64,000 nucleotides of DNA from Coriobacteriia bacterium. GTDB lineage: Bacteria > Actinomycetota > Coriobacteriia > Anaerosomatales > PALSA-660. Numbering within the stretch: position 1 is the first letter of the stretch; each line of letters opens with the position of its first letter. The notes beneath the pieces were generated by a model. It worked only from the letters and a program-made list of their open reading frames with translations. It was not told where the DNA came from and made no database searches. The position numbers were made by a program, and so were the translations under genes. The stretch is from assembly GCA_036507895.1 (NCBI GenBank), contig DATCIG010000013.1:26573-90572 (forward strand). Reading direction: 5' to 3'. Positions 26,322 to 36,409 of the stretch are shown one piece after another.

Positions 26322-26603
26322 CTAATGCACGAGAGGGCCCAAGCCGGTGAGCACGTGCAGCACCCGGTCGCCCTCGGTCGTCGGCGCGTCGAGGAGTACC
26401 ACGGGGCCGGACCGGCCGTCCGCCGTCTCCAGGCGCATCTGCTGGCCGGGCTCGAGAACCATGCCGAGTGGCAGAGCCACATGCGCGTGCCACCCGGTGC
26501 CGTCGGTAGAGCCCCCGACCGCATCCAAGACGTCGAGAAGCACGGTCGTGCCCGCCACGACGACGGTGTCACCGTCGAAGATCGACCCCTCGACCTCTTC
26601 CAT
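26322..26603 (-). CDS. Hypothetical 93-aa protein directly abutting the phosphatase gene
   Basis: MEEVEGSIFDGDTVVVAGTT.... Its TAG is immediately followed by the phosphatase ATG (TAGATG). The rest of ORF 26322..27005 overlaps the plus-strand Cys-rich gene and looks non-coding. Confidence 0.5.
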   Translation of the reverse strand: MEEVEGSIFDGDTVVVAGTTVLLDVLDAVGGSTDGTGWHAHVALPLGMVLEPGQQMRLETADGRSGPVVLLDAPTTEGDRVLHVLTGLGPLVH

Positions 26604-26793
26604 GCGCGCATCCCTTCGCTGATGACGTGTGCTCAGTATGTACCCGCGAACAGGGCACCGGAGTCCATCTCGCCCCGTGCCGAGTGTGGTCCGGGTGCGA
26701 ATCGGGCATACCGATAAAAGCGGCTCGCGTTTCGGGAGCGGTGCGCCCGGCCATAGCCGCGGCGTTGGCCCGATGTCTTCCGAGAGGAGCACG

Positions 26794-27015
26794 ATGATCG
26801 TCGAGGACAGCGAGAGGAACTCCAGCCGTTGCCGGTGCCCCGGCTGCCCCACGCACGACGGCTGCATGAGCAAGAACGACGAGCGGCTGCACTGCTCACG
26901 CGACCGAACGGAGTGCGACGTGACAGCCCACGGCTGCCTATGCAACGAATGCCCCGTGTGGTCAGAGAACCGCCTCGGGGGTCGATACTTCTGCATGGAG
27001 GGCACCGCCCGCTAG
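26794..27015 (+). CDS. Small Cys-rich protein, DUF2769-like
   Basis: MIVEDSERNSSRCRCPGCPTHDGC...LHCSRDRTECDVTAHGCLCNECPVWSENRLGGRYFCMEG fits the DUF2769 pattern (C.C..CP...C...FC.....C....C.C..C.V......YFC..G). GAGGAG SD before the ATG at 26794; alternative ATG at 26773. Confidence 0.6.
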   Translation: MIVEDSERNSSRCRCPGCPTHDGCMSKNDERLHCSRDRTECDVTAHGCLCNECPVWSENRLGGRYFCMEGTAR

Positions 27016-27110
27016 GTTGAACGCGGTGGCAGGTCGACGATCGAGGCGTAGGCACGCGGGATACGGGCCGACAGCCCGGCTGCACGCCGGGTACAAGGAG
27101 ATGTGAGGAC

Positions 27111-27308
27111 ATGAGAGACGTACGCTTGAGGATGGCAGCGGTGACGCTGATCGCGCTCACAGCGATGTTCGCGCTCGCCGGATGCTCGAGCTCGACGACC
27201 ACAACGGCACCGGGCGGCTCGACAGGAACCGGGACGGGCAGCTACGGCCCCGGAAACATGATGGGCGGGTCGAACAACACGAGCCCGACGGGCACCAACG
27301 CGCCGTAG
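27111..27308 (+). CDS. Small secreted lipoprotein (65 aa), Gly/Thr/Ser-rich mature part
   Basis: Signal peptide with a lipobox (VTLIALTAMFALAGC). AAGGAG SD upstream of the ATG at 27111. Confidence 0.55.
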   Translation: MRDVRLRMAAVTLIALTAMFALAGCSSSTTTTAPGGSTGTGTGSYGPGNMMGGSNNTSPTGTNAP

Positions 27309-27450
27309 ACACAGCAGGTCGGGCGCGACGCGCCTCAAACCGTGTGGCGAGCTCGCCACGGCGCGACAGCGCGATGAATCCCCCACCCGAGTTCCGTATG
27401 CCGATGGGCTGTTCTGGCATGCGGCGCGCCGAGACGTACGAAATCAGTAT

Positions 27451-27918
27451 CTAGGGGTCGAGACGCACGCCTCGACCATCGCGAGTCGCCATGCCCGCTT
27501 CCAGCAGGATCGCGGCAGCTTCTCTTTGAGCCGCCACCAGTGCATCTGCATACTCGGTCTCGTGCTCTCGCAACAAAGCCACGGCTGCTGCGCCCTCGCG
27601 GCGAAGAAGGGCAGCTGCCTCGTCCCGGGCTGCCACGGCCATCGCTGCGTTCTCGTCCCCCTGCTCCGCCAGCAGTTCAGCGGCCGCCTTCTGAGCCGCG
27701 ATCAGTAGCTCAGCCGCCGTAAGCACGTGCGCGGCAGACTCGGATGCCGCGTGCCCATGCGCCTCAAGAAGGATGACCGTCGCCTTCTCGTGCGCGACCA
27801 ACAGAGCGGCAGCCTCTCGACCGTAGGTCTTTTCCGCGCTCACAGGCGATCCCCATCCGTCGACTTCGATGCTCGCTCCCTTGGCCAGGAGTATGCGCCG
27901 TGCAACGCGCGGTGTCAT
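27451..27918 (-). CDS. Hypothetical Ala/Leu/Glu-rich protein with four internal helical repeats
   Basis: Repeats: EAAALLVAHEKATVILLEAH, AAELLIAAQKAAAELLAEQ, EAAALLRREGAAAVALLREH and ALVAAQREAAAILLEAG. No family recognised. Confidence 0.45.
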   Translation of the reverse strand: MTPRVARRILLAKGASIEVDGWGSPVSAEKTYGREAAALLVAHEKATVILLEAHGHAASESAAHVLTAAELLIAAQKAAAELLAEQGDENAAMAVAARDEAAALLRREGAAAVALLREHETEYADALVAAQREAAAILLEAGMATRDGRGVRLDP

Positions 27919-27959
27919 GCCGGCTCGCCGGAAGTCTGTGGATCCGGCGAGCGATGTCC

Positions 27960-28080
27960 CTAAGAGCTGCCCTCGATGTCCTTAGCTGTCGGGCCGTAGA
28001 TCACTTCACCGTGGCGACCGTAGCACGAGCCGTGGCAGGGGCAGTCGACAGTTCCCTCTGCCGTATTCTCGGCCAGAGGA
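27960..28080 (-). pseudogene. C-terminal remnant of a Rieske [2Fe-2S] domain gene
   Basis: The minus-strand frame reads ...LAENTAEGTVDCPCHGSCYGRHGEVIYGPTAKDIEGSS then stop. CPCHGS...G.V..GP is the second Rieske cluster-binding box. There is no in-frame start and no first (CxH) box; upstream, the frame runs into the tRNA terminator and tRNA. Confidence 0.5.
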
Positions 28081-28087
28081 CAACGAA

Positions 28088-28117
28088 AGCGGCTCCCCCG
28101 TTTCCGGGAGAGCCGCT
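28088..28117 (-). terminator. Hairpin immediately 3' of tRNA-Leu
   Basis: AGCGGCTCCC...GGG(AG)AGCCGCT. On the minus strand it is followed by TTTCGTTG. Confidence 0.5.
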
Positions 28118-28126
28118 GATCACTTC

Positions 28127-28212
28127 TGGTGTCCGAGGGGGGACTTGAACCCCCATGAGGTTGCCCTCACTAGGCCCTCAACCTAGCGCGTCTGCCATTC
28201 CGCCACTCGGAC
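28127..28212 (-). tRNA. tRNA-Leu, anticodon GAG, type II (long variable arm), CCA encoded
   Basis: The reverse complement folds by hand: acceptor GTCCGAG/CTCGGAC, D-stem GCG/CGC, anticodon stem CTAGG/CCTAG with loop TTGAGGG, a 15-nt variable arm, T-arm GGGGG-TTCAAGT-CCCCC, discriminator A and CCA. 86 nt. Confidence 0.9.
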
Positions 28213-28301
28213 AATCATGCGCCTGCGTGAGGCGCGGATTCGGAGTATAGCAACCACCATGGTGACCGCCAACCCCTGAATAAGAAGCTTTCCGACCGCC
28301 C

Positions 28302-29374
28302 CTACGCCTTCTTGCCGGCAGCGGCCATCATGGCCTCGTACGGAGAGCACGGCTTGTCGCCGATCACGGTCGAGCAGGCCTTGTCGAGCGAGATCGGATA
28401 CGGCTTCGCAAAGTGGCACGCGGCGCGATGACCGGGCGTGATCTCACGCAACTCCGGGTCCTTCTCCGCACAGATCGGGAACTCCGCGATCGGGCAGCGC
28501 GTATGGAACCGGCAACCGCTCGGAGGGTCGCTCGGGCTCGGAGGATCACCGGCGAGGATGATGCGCTGCCTCGCGCGCTGCTCCTTCGGATCCGGGAGCG
28601 GCACGGCCGACAGCAGCGACTGCGTGTACGGGTGCGACGGCGCGTCGTACAACTGCCGCCAGTCGGCGATCTCCGCGACGACGCCGAGGTACATGACTGC
28701 CACGAAGTCAGAGACATGCTCGACGACCGAGAGGTCGTGGGCGATGAACACGTAGGTCAGGTCGAACTCGTCCTGCAACCTGTCGAGCAGGTTGAGGACC
28801 TGCGCCTGGATCGAGACGTCGAGCGCGGAGACCGGCTCATCGCACACGATGAGCTTCGGACGAAGCGCGAGTGCCCGGGCGATGCCGATGCGCTGACGCT
28901 GGCCACCTGAGAACTCATGCGGGTAGCGGTTGATGTGCTCGGGGTTGAGGCCCACGACGTCCAGCAGTTCCTTGGCGCTCGTGATCCGTTCGCGCGGCGT
29001 CGAGATGTTGTGGATCGCAAGCGGCTCGCTGACGATCTCACCGATCGTCATGCGCGGGTTCAGGCTCGCGTACGGGTCCTGGAAGATGACCTGCACGTCG
29101 CGACGGTACGCCTTGAGCTCGGCGCCCCGCATGGCGCGGACGTCCTTGCCCTGGAAGGTGATCGATCCCTCGGTCGCCTCGTTCAGACGGATGATGCAGC
29201 GCCCGGTCGTGGTCTTCCCGCAACCCGACTCACCCACCAGCCCGAGGGTCTGGCCCTTGTAGACGTCGAACGACACGCCGTCGACGGCCTTGACGTCCCC
29301 CACCTTGCGGGAGAGCACGCCCGAATGCATCGGGAAGTACTTCTTGAGGTTGCGTACGCTCAACAGTGGCTCGG

Positions 29375-29378
<4 letters not shown>
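28302..29378 (-). CDS. Oligopeptide/dipeptide ABC transporter ATP-binding protein (OppF/DppF type)
   Basis: Walker [10 protein letters not shown], signature [15 protein letters not shown] and Walker [13 protein letters not shown], plus the C-terminal oligopeptide-type Cys-rich domain. The ATG at 29378 overlaps the upstream stop (ATGA). Confidence 0.95.
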
Positions 29379-30394
<1,016 letters not shown>

Positions 30395-30398
30395 CCGT

Positions 30399-31394
30399 CT
30401 AGTCCTTCATCTTCACGTCGAGCGCGTCACGAACACCGTCACCGAGGAGGGTGAACGCGAGCACTGTCGTCAGGATCGCAAGACCCGGCCACAGCACGAG
30501 CCCGGGGTTCGAAGTCAGGTACTGCTGGCCGTCGCTGATCATGCGGCCCCACGACGGAGTGGGAGGCAGGATGCCGAGGCCGAGGTAGGAAAGCGCGGCC
30601 TCGGTGAGGATCGCCGAGCCGATCGACATCGTGGAGTAGACGACGATGGGAGCGACGGCGTTCGGCATGATGTGGCGCGTCATGAGTCGCAGGTCGCTGG
30701 CCCCGAGCGCGCGAGCGGCGTCCACGTAGTCGTTCTCCTTGACGGAGAGGATCGAGGAGCGGAACACGCGGGCGATGGATGGCCAGCCAAGGACGCCGAT
30801 GGTGAGGACGACCGGCATGATGCCGCCTCGATACTCTTTTGGCACCACCGACAGGAGTAGAAGCGCGAACAGGAGGTACGGGAACGCAAGGAACACGTCA
30901 GCGATGCGCATGATGAGTGCGTCCGGCCAGCCCGTGTAGAAGCCCGACAGCGAGCCTAGGATCAACCCGATGACGACCGACACGAACACCGCCATGAACC
31001 CGACCGACAGGGACGCGCGCGCGCCGTACACGATCCTCGACAGCATGTCGCGACCGAGATCGTCGGTTCCCATCGGATGCGCGACGGACGGTGACTGCAG
31101 CGCGCCTGTAGCGACGGTCGCCGTATCGATGGCGACGGGGTCTCCGTAGATCCGCGGGACCCACAGGCTCGCGGAGATGGCCGCGAGCGTGATGATCATG
31201 AGCCATGCGAGCGCCACGAGCGCCAGCTTGTTGCGGCTCAGGCGGTACCACGCATCGCCCATGAGGGTGCGGTTGCGACCGGATGCTTCGCCCTTCACGT
31301 CAGGTCCGCTGGGCGGTGTCGCGGGCAGACCCGTGCGAGGGTCCTTCACTCCGTGGTTCGCAGCGCCCTGCAGGGCGTCCATCTCGTTGCTCAT
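30399..31394 (-). CDS. Peptide ABC transporter permease (OppC/DppC type)
   Basis: BPD-transporter EAA loop (ENDYVDAARALGASDLRLMTRHIMPN). Start trimmed to the ATG at 31394, with a GGGGGAG SD after the upstream stop. Confidence 0.9.
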   Translation of the reverse strand: MSNEMDALQGAANHGVKDPRTGLPATPPSGPDVKGEASGRNRTLMGDAWYRLSRNKLALVALAWLMIITLAAISASLWVPRIYGDPVAIDTATVATGALQSPSVAHPMGTDDLGRDMLSRIVYGARASLSVGFMAVFVSVVIGLILGSLSGFYTGWPDALIMRIADVFLAFPYLLFALLLLSVVPKEYRGGIMPVVLTIGVLGWPSIARVFRSSILSVKENDYVDAARALGASDLRLMTRHIMPNAVAPIVVYSTMSIGSAILTEAALSYLGLGILPPTPSWGRMISDGQQYLTSNPGLVLWPGLAILTTVLAFTLLGDGVRDALDVKMKD

Positions 31395-31398
31395 CTCG

Positions 31399-32370
31399 TC
31401 ACTCCCCCGCTGCGGAGCCGTAGCGGATCCGCGGATCGAGGAAGGCGTACGAGACGTCAACGATCAGGTTGATGAAGAGCACCGCGAACAGCATCAGCGT
31501 GACGCAGCCGAAGAGCACGGGGTAGTCGTACGCACGAATGGAGTGATAGATCGTCCAGCCCAGCCCGGGGATGTTGAACACGCTCTCGGTCAGGATCGCG
31601 CCCGAGAGCATCGCACCCAGGTCGAGTCCGATGAAGGTCACGACGGGGATGAGTGCGTTCTTCATCTCATGACTCCACAGCACACGACTCACGGACAGCC
31701 CCTTTGCGTGGGCGGTCCGCACGTAGTCCTGTCCGGAGACCTCGAGCAGCTGGCTGCGCATGACGCGCGCGGCGTAGGCGGTCGACACCGAGGCGAGCGT
31801 GATCGACGGCAGGATCAGGTAGACCCACGTGGGGAACACGCCGCTGACTCCTGAGATCGGTAAGTAGAACGCGCCACCTGTGGCGTTCTTCAACCAGATG
31901 CCGAAGAAGTACTGGAGCATGATGCCGAGCCAGAATACGGGCAACGCGACGAGGATCGATGTGGTCAACGTCGCGAGAGTGTCCCAGATTGAGTAACGCT
32001 TCACCGCTGCGACGATCCCAACGGCGATGCCGAAGATGATCTCGAGCGCGATGGCCCCTCCCGCGAGCTTGACGGTGTAGGGGTAGACATCCTTGAAGAT
32101 ATCGGTGACCTGGCGGCCGCTGGCGATCGAAGTGCCCAGATCGCCTTTGGCGAGGGCGCCGAGGTAGTCGGCGTACTGCTGGTACCAGGGCTTATCGAGA
32201 CCGTACTGGTGCCTCATCGCCTGGTAGACCGCAGGGGGAAGCTTCTTCTCGCCCGCGCGCAGGGCGACAGGGTCGCCGGGCAGGATCGTCGTGACGAAGA
32301 AGAGCAGCAACGTCACGCCGAAGAATACCGGCACGAACTGAACGAGTCTGCGGAAGATGTACTGGAACAT
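31399..32370 (-). CDS. Peptide ABC transporter permease (OppB/DppB type)
   Basis: MFQYIFRRLVQFVPVFFGVTLLLF is the typical OppB N-terminus. EAA loop (QDYVRTAHAKGLSVSRVLWSHEMKNAL). Confidence 0.9.
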   Translation of the reverse strand: MFQYIFRRLVQFVPVFFGVTLLLFFVTTILPGDPVALRAGEKKLPPAVYQAMRHQYGLDKPWYQQYADYLGALAKGDLGTSIASGRQVTDIFKDVYPYTVKLAGGAIALEIIFGIAVGIVAAVKRYSIWDTLATLTTSILVALPVFWLGIMLQYFFGIWLKNATGGAFYLPISGVSGVFPTWVYLILPSITLASVSTAYAARVMRSQLLEVSGQDYVRTAHAKGLSVSRVLWSHEMKNALIPVVTFIGLDLGAMLSGAILTESVFNIPGLGWTIYHSIRAYDYPVLFGCVTLMLFAVLFINLIVDVSYAFLDPRIRYGSAAGE

Positions 32371-32464
32371 GCGGAACCTTTGCGACGAGGGAAATGATGG
32401 CGGGTGGCGGGGCATCGGCTCGATGCCCCGCCACCCTTACGCATGAACGTATGTCAGGTACGAC

Positions 32465-34192
32465 TTACTTGGCTGCCTGGAGCCAGACCTTCTGGAAGTC
32501 CGCGAGGTTCATCGCGGAATAGGTCAGGTCGTGGACGCGGGCTGCCGCGACGTGATGGTGACGGTAGAACATGATCGGGATGACCGGCAGCTGAGCGCCG
32601 ATCGTCTTGTCGACCTCGGTGAAGGCCGCGATACGGGCTGCGGAGTCGGAGATCTTCTCGGCAGCATCGATGGCGGAGTCGACCGCGGGATCAGTGAACT
32701 TCGAGTAGTTGTCCGCGGACTTCGAGTTGAAGAGCGGATACAGGAAGTTGTAGATGATCGGGTAGTCGGCAGACCAGCCGAGGCGGCCGATCTGGACCTT
32801 GCCGGCGCCGAGCTGCTTCAGGTAGGTCGCGAAGTCGGGAGTCGGGCTGAGCTTGACCTTCAGGCCGAGCTTGTCCAGGTCCGCCTTCACGAGCTCCATG
32901 ATCTTCTGGTGGCCGCCGTCGGCGTTGTACCACAGGGAGATCTCGGGAGCACCCTTGCCGCCGGGGAAGCCGGCATCCGTCATCGCCTGAACGGCGGCGG
33001 CGGCATCGTACTTCGAGTCGGGCCACAGGCCGGGGGCGTAGCCCGCGATGCCCGGCGGCACGATGTTGTCGGCCGGGACGCGGGTGCCCTGGAACACGAC
33101 GTCGCAGATCGCCTGGCGGTTGATCGCCAGCGAGATCGCCTTGCGGAACTTGTACTCCTTGAGCGCCGGGAAGTCCTTGTTGTTGACGTCCAGGTAGTAG
33201 ATCGAGTTCTCAGAGCCGAGGAGCGCCTGCTTGCCGGGGTTGGCCGTGTAGCCATCGGCAGCCTCGCCGTACTTGGCGATGGCGTCCTTGATCTTGCCCT
33301 CACCGATCTGCGTGAAGTCGAGCGTGCCGGCCTCGAACTCGGTGTAGGCGGTGTTCGGGTCCTGGAAGATGCGGAAGTCGATACCATCGATGTTCGGCTT
33401 CACGCCGGCGTAGGCATCGTTGCGGACGACCTTGATGTACTGGCCGCGCTTCCACGGCTCAGACAGCTTGAAGGGACCGTTGCCAACGGGCATGTCGCCG
33501 AACGCGGCGGTCTGCTCGGTGCCGGCGGCGTCCTTGTACTTGACGCCTCCGTCGACAAGGGCCTTCTCGACCGGAGCGAGCGCCGGATGGCCGACGACAT
33601 ACTCGAAGTCGCCGAACGGAGCCTTGAGCGTGACCTCGAGCGTGTAGTCATCGACGGCCTTGAGGCCGGACATCTCGGCGACCTTGCTGCCCTCGGCCTG
33701 CATCTCGTCGTAGCCCTTGACCGGAGCCAAGTGGTACCCGATCGAAGAACCCTCGACCTTCTTGGTGGAGGTGTTCAGCGTGTTCGGGTTGGCGATACGG
33801 TTCCAGGCGTAGATGAAGTCCTGCGCCTTGACCGGGTTGCCGTCCGAGAACGTGGCCTTCGGATCGAGCTTGAACGTCCAGACCGATGCGTCTGCGTTCG
33901 CCGACCACGAGAGGGCCGCCGCCGGGATGACCTTGGTGGCGTCGAGCGGGTCGAAGGCGGTCAGGCTGTCGAAGACCGACTGCTCGACCTGGGTTCCCTC
34001 GGACTCCTGCGTGTTGTACGGATCGATGTAGGCGGGCTCTCCAACGTAGTAGGACAGCGTGCCGCCCTTGACCACGGCGCTGGTGGTGCCGGCGCCGGTG
34101 TCGGCCGTCTTCGGCGCGCAGCCGGCGAGAATGCCCAGCGATAGCGCGCACGCGGCCGAGACTGCAATGACCTTGCGCAAACGATGTGTCAT
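32465..34192 (-). CDS. Peptide/nickel ABC transporter substrate-binding lipoprotein (family 5)
   Basis: Signal peptide with lipobox (AACALSLGILAGC) from the ATG at 34192. Family-5 SBP body (GGTLSYYVGEPAYIDPYN...). Confidence 0.9.
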   Translation of the reverse strand: MTHRLRKVIAVSAACALSLGILAGCAPKTADTGAGTTSAVVKGGTLSYYVGEPAYIDPYNTQESEGTQVEQSVFDSLTAFDPLDATKVIPAAALSWSANADASVWTFKLDPKATFSDGNPVKAQDFIYAWNRIANPNTLNTSTKKVEGSSIGYHLAPVKGYDEMQAEGSKVAEMSGLKAVDDYTLEVTLKAPFGDFEYVVGHPALAPVEKALVDGGVKYKDAAGTEQTAAFGDMPVGNGPFKLSEPWKRGQYIKVVRNDAYAGVKPNIDGIDFRIFQDPNTAYTEFEAGTLDFTQIGEGKIKDAIAKYGEAADGYTANPGKQALLGSENSIYYLDVNNKDFPALKEYKFRKAISLAINRQAICDVVFQGTRVPADNIVPPGIAGYAPGLWPDSKYDAAAAVQAMTDAGFPGGKGAPEISLWYNADGGHQKIMELVKADLDKLGLKVKLSPTPDFATYLKQLGAGKVQIGRLGWSADYPIIYNFLYPLFNSKSADNYSKFTDPAVDSAIDAAEKISDSAARIAAFTEVDKTIGAQLPVIPIMFYRHHHVAAARVHDLTYSAMNLADFQKVWLQAAK

Positions 34193-34494
34193 AACGCGAA
34201 AGCCCCCTTCCTGCATGGACAATACGAAAAGCCGATCCCTAACGACTCCGTACTCGTTCGCATCCCCCCAAGTGGGCCGGACCTTGCCCCGGGAACGCAC
34301 GAGGATTCGGCCCATCGACTGCGGGGGCGTATGCCCCTATGAGTTTCCACCCTATCCGCGCGCATATGCAAGTGCAAGCAGCATCGGGCACCGCGGAGGT
34401 GCTGAATCGTGAACGTCGGTAATCCGTGATCCGACGCATAGAACGCAGCTGCCACGCGAAACGAGCGGGCAAAAACACGTCTCGATATGGTCCG

Positions 34495-34731
34495 CTACAC
34501 AGGACGGTAGAACATCATAAGAATCACGGAGGTCAGAGCCCAGCCGACGGCGAGCCCGATGGTGATCCGATCGAGGTTCTTCTCGATGATGCTCGTGCCG
34601 CCGGAAGAGGACATGCCGCCGAACATCGACGACAACCCGGTTCCCTTGCCGGAGTGCAGCAGCACGAAAACGATGAGGCCGATCGCGAGCAGGACATGCA
34701 CCGCGACGACCACGTAGATGAGCGGGTTCAC
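34495..34731 (-). CDS. secG: Preprotein translocase subunit SecG
   Basis: 78 aa from the GTG at 34731 (GAGGGAG SD 5 nt upstream): VNPLIYVVVAVHVLLAIGLIVFVLLHSGKGTGLSSMFGG.... Conserved position after tpiA/gpmI. Confidence 0.85.
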   Translation of the reverse strand: MNPLIYVVVAVHVLLAIGLIVFVLLHSGKGTGLSSMFGGMSSSGGTSIIEKNLDRITIGLAVGWALTSVILMMFYRPV

Positions 34732-34840
34732 GCGTACTCCCTCGTTTGGAACGGCATCCGCGCCATCAGGCGCGACAACTGGGTGAGTATAGCCGCACGT
34801 CGGTGCCGGCTCAACTCGTGGAGCGTCGGAAGGGGGCCTT

Positions 34841-36409
34841 TCAGCGAACAGCCAGACTCGTTCCGGTCCACTCCGGAGGCGCCTGAAGGCCCACGATATC
34901 GAGCAGCGTGGGGGCGACGTCGGCGAGCTTGCCGCCCTCGGCCACAGCCCGAACGCCATCAGCGACGACGACCAGCGGCACCGGATCGGTCGTGTGGGCG
35001 GTGAAGGGCGTCACATCGTCGTCCGCCACCATGCGCTCGGCGTTGCCGTGGTCCGCGGTGAGGACGACGACCCCGCCCCGCGCGGCGATCGCGTGCAGCA
35101 CGCGTCCGACACCGTCATCGACCGCCTCGACCGCGGCGATCGCGGCGTCGAGGACACCCGTATGGCCGACCATGTCGCAGTTCGCGTAGTTGACGATGTA
35201 GACATCGGCCCTATCCTCGGCGATGGCCTCGACCAGGCGTTCCGTGACCCCGGGCTCGCTCATCTGAGGCAACAGGTCGTAGGTGGCCACCTTGGGACTC
35301 GGCACGAGGACCCTCTCCTCTCCCGGCTTCGGAGGCTCGCTCCCGCCGTTGAAGAAGAAGGTCACGTGGGCGTACTTCTCCGTCTCGGCGATGTGGAGCT
35401 GCCGCAGGCCCGCATCCGCCAGGACGTCCGCGAGCGTGCAGCACGGCAAGCCCTTCGCGAACGCGACCGCGGCGGGAATCGTGGGATCGTACTCGGTGAG
35501 GCACACGAACTTCACGACCGGTGTGGCCGGGCGCTCGAATTCGTCAAAGGCTGGGTCAACGATCGCGCGCGTGATCTCGCGCGCGCGATCGGGCCGGAAG
35601 TTGAAGAACACGACGGCGTCGCCGTCGCTCATGCGCCCGTCGACCCCATCCACTACCACGGGGGCCACGAACTCGTCGGTCACGCCGTCGTGGTACGAGC
35701 GCTCGACCGCACCCACCGCGGACTCGGCACTCCTGCCTTCGCCGAGGACCAGCGCACGCCATGCGCGCTCGACGCGCTCGAACCTTCGGTCGCGATCCAT
35801 CGCCCAGTAGCGCCCGCAGACCGTCGCGATCCTCCCGACGCCGAGTGCCGCCAACTTCGCTTCGAGTCGCTTGATGAAGCTCGCTCCGGACTCCGGCGCC
35901 ACGTCGCGACCGTCGAGAAAGCAGTGCACGAAGACCCGGGTCGCGCCACGGGCCTTCGCGAGGTCGAGCAGGGCGAACAGGTGCGTGATGTGGCTGTGCA
36001 CTCCCCCGTCGGAGACGAGGCCCATCAGATGCACGGACCGCCCCGCCGCGACCGCGTCGTCGATCGCCTCGCACAACACGGGGTTGCTGCCGAAAGAACC
36101 GTCCTCGATGGCGAGGTTGATGCGAGTCAACTCCTGGTAGACGACACGTCCCGCGCCGATGTTCAGGTGGCCGACCTCGGAGTTGCCCATCTGTCCGGGC
36201 GGCAGTCCGACCGCGAGCCCGGAGCACTCGACGGGCGCCCATGGGCTGGCGGCGAACAGCGCGTCAAGGTTCGGGGTGTTGGCGAGGGCGACCGCGTTGC
36301 CGTCCGTCTCGCTCGAGAGCCCGTAGCCGTCGAGGATGATGAGCGCGGCCGGCAGACGGAGCAGGGCTCTGCGCTCCGGATCCGCGGATTCGAACGGAGC
36401 GACCGTCAC
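34841..36409 (-). CDS. gpmI: 2,3-bisphosphoglycerate-independent phosphoglycerate mutase
   Basis: LIILDGYGLS..., GNSEVGHLNIGAGR, SDGGVHSH and ADHGNAE. The GTG at 36409 overlaps the tpiA TGA (GTGA). Confidence 0.95.
   Translation of the reverse strand: MTVAPFESADPERRALLRLPAALIILDGYGLSSETDGNAVALANTPNLDALFAASPWAPVECSGLAVGLPPGQMGNSEVGHLNIGAGRVVYQELTRINLAIEDGSFGSNPVLCEAIDDAVAAGRSVHLMGLVSDGGVHSHITHLFALLDLAKARGATRVFVHCFLDGRDVAPESGASFIKRLEAKLAALGVGRIATVCGRYWAMDRDRRFERVERAWRALVLGEGRSAESAVGAVERSYHDGVTDEFVAPVVVDGVDGRMSDGDAVVFFNFRPDRAREITRAIVDPAFDEFERPATPVVKFVCLTEYDPTIPAAVAFAKGLPCCTLADVLADAGLRQLHIAETEKYAHVTFFFNGGSEPPKPGEERVLVPSPKVATYDLLPQMSEPGVTERLVEAIAEDRADVYIVNYANCDMVGHTGVLDAAIAAVEAVDDGVGRVLHAIAARGGVVVLTADHGNAERMVADDDVTPFTAHTTDPVPLVVVADGVRAVAEGGKLADVAPTLLDIVGLQAPPEWTGTSLAVR

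Noticed and set aside
22263-28126. Treating the whole padR-to-tRNA patch as a genomic island integrated at tRNA-Leu
   Set aside because: No integrase, no detectable direct repeat of the tRNA 3' end at the other side, and no obvious GC shift by eye. Only the Rieske remnant hints at past rearrangement, so this is reported as a narrower finding.
28218-28235. Hairpin GCGCCT-gcgtg-AGGCGC between oppF and tRNA-Leu as the opp operon terminator
   Set aside because: A 6-bp stem with no U-tract on the minus strand is indistinguishable from chance GC-rich pairing.
34193-34494. The 300-bp leader upstream of the peptide-binding protein gene as a possible riboswitch or T-box
   Set aside because: No recognisable conserved riboswitch core or specifier/T-box sequence on inspection. 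It is probably just the promoter and 5' UTR.
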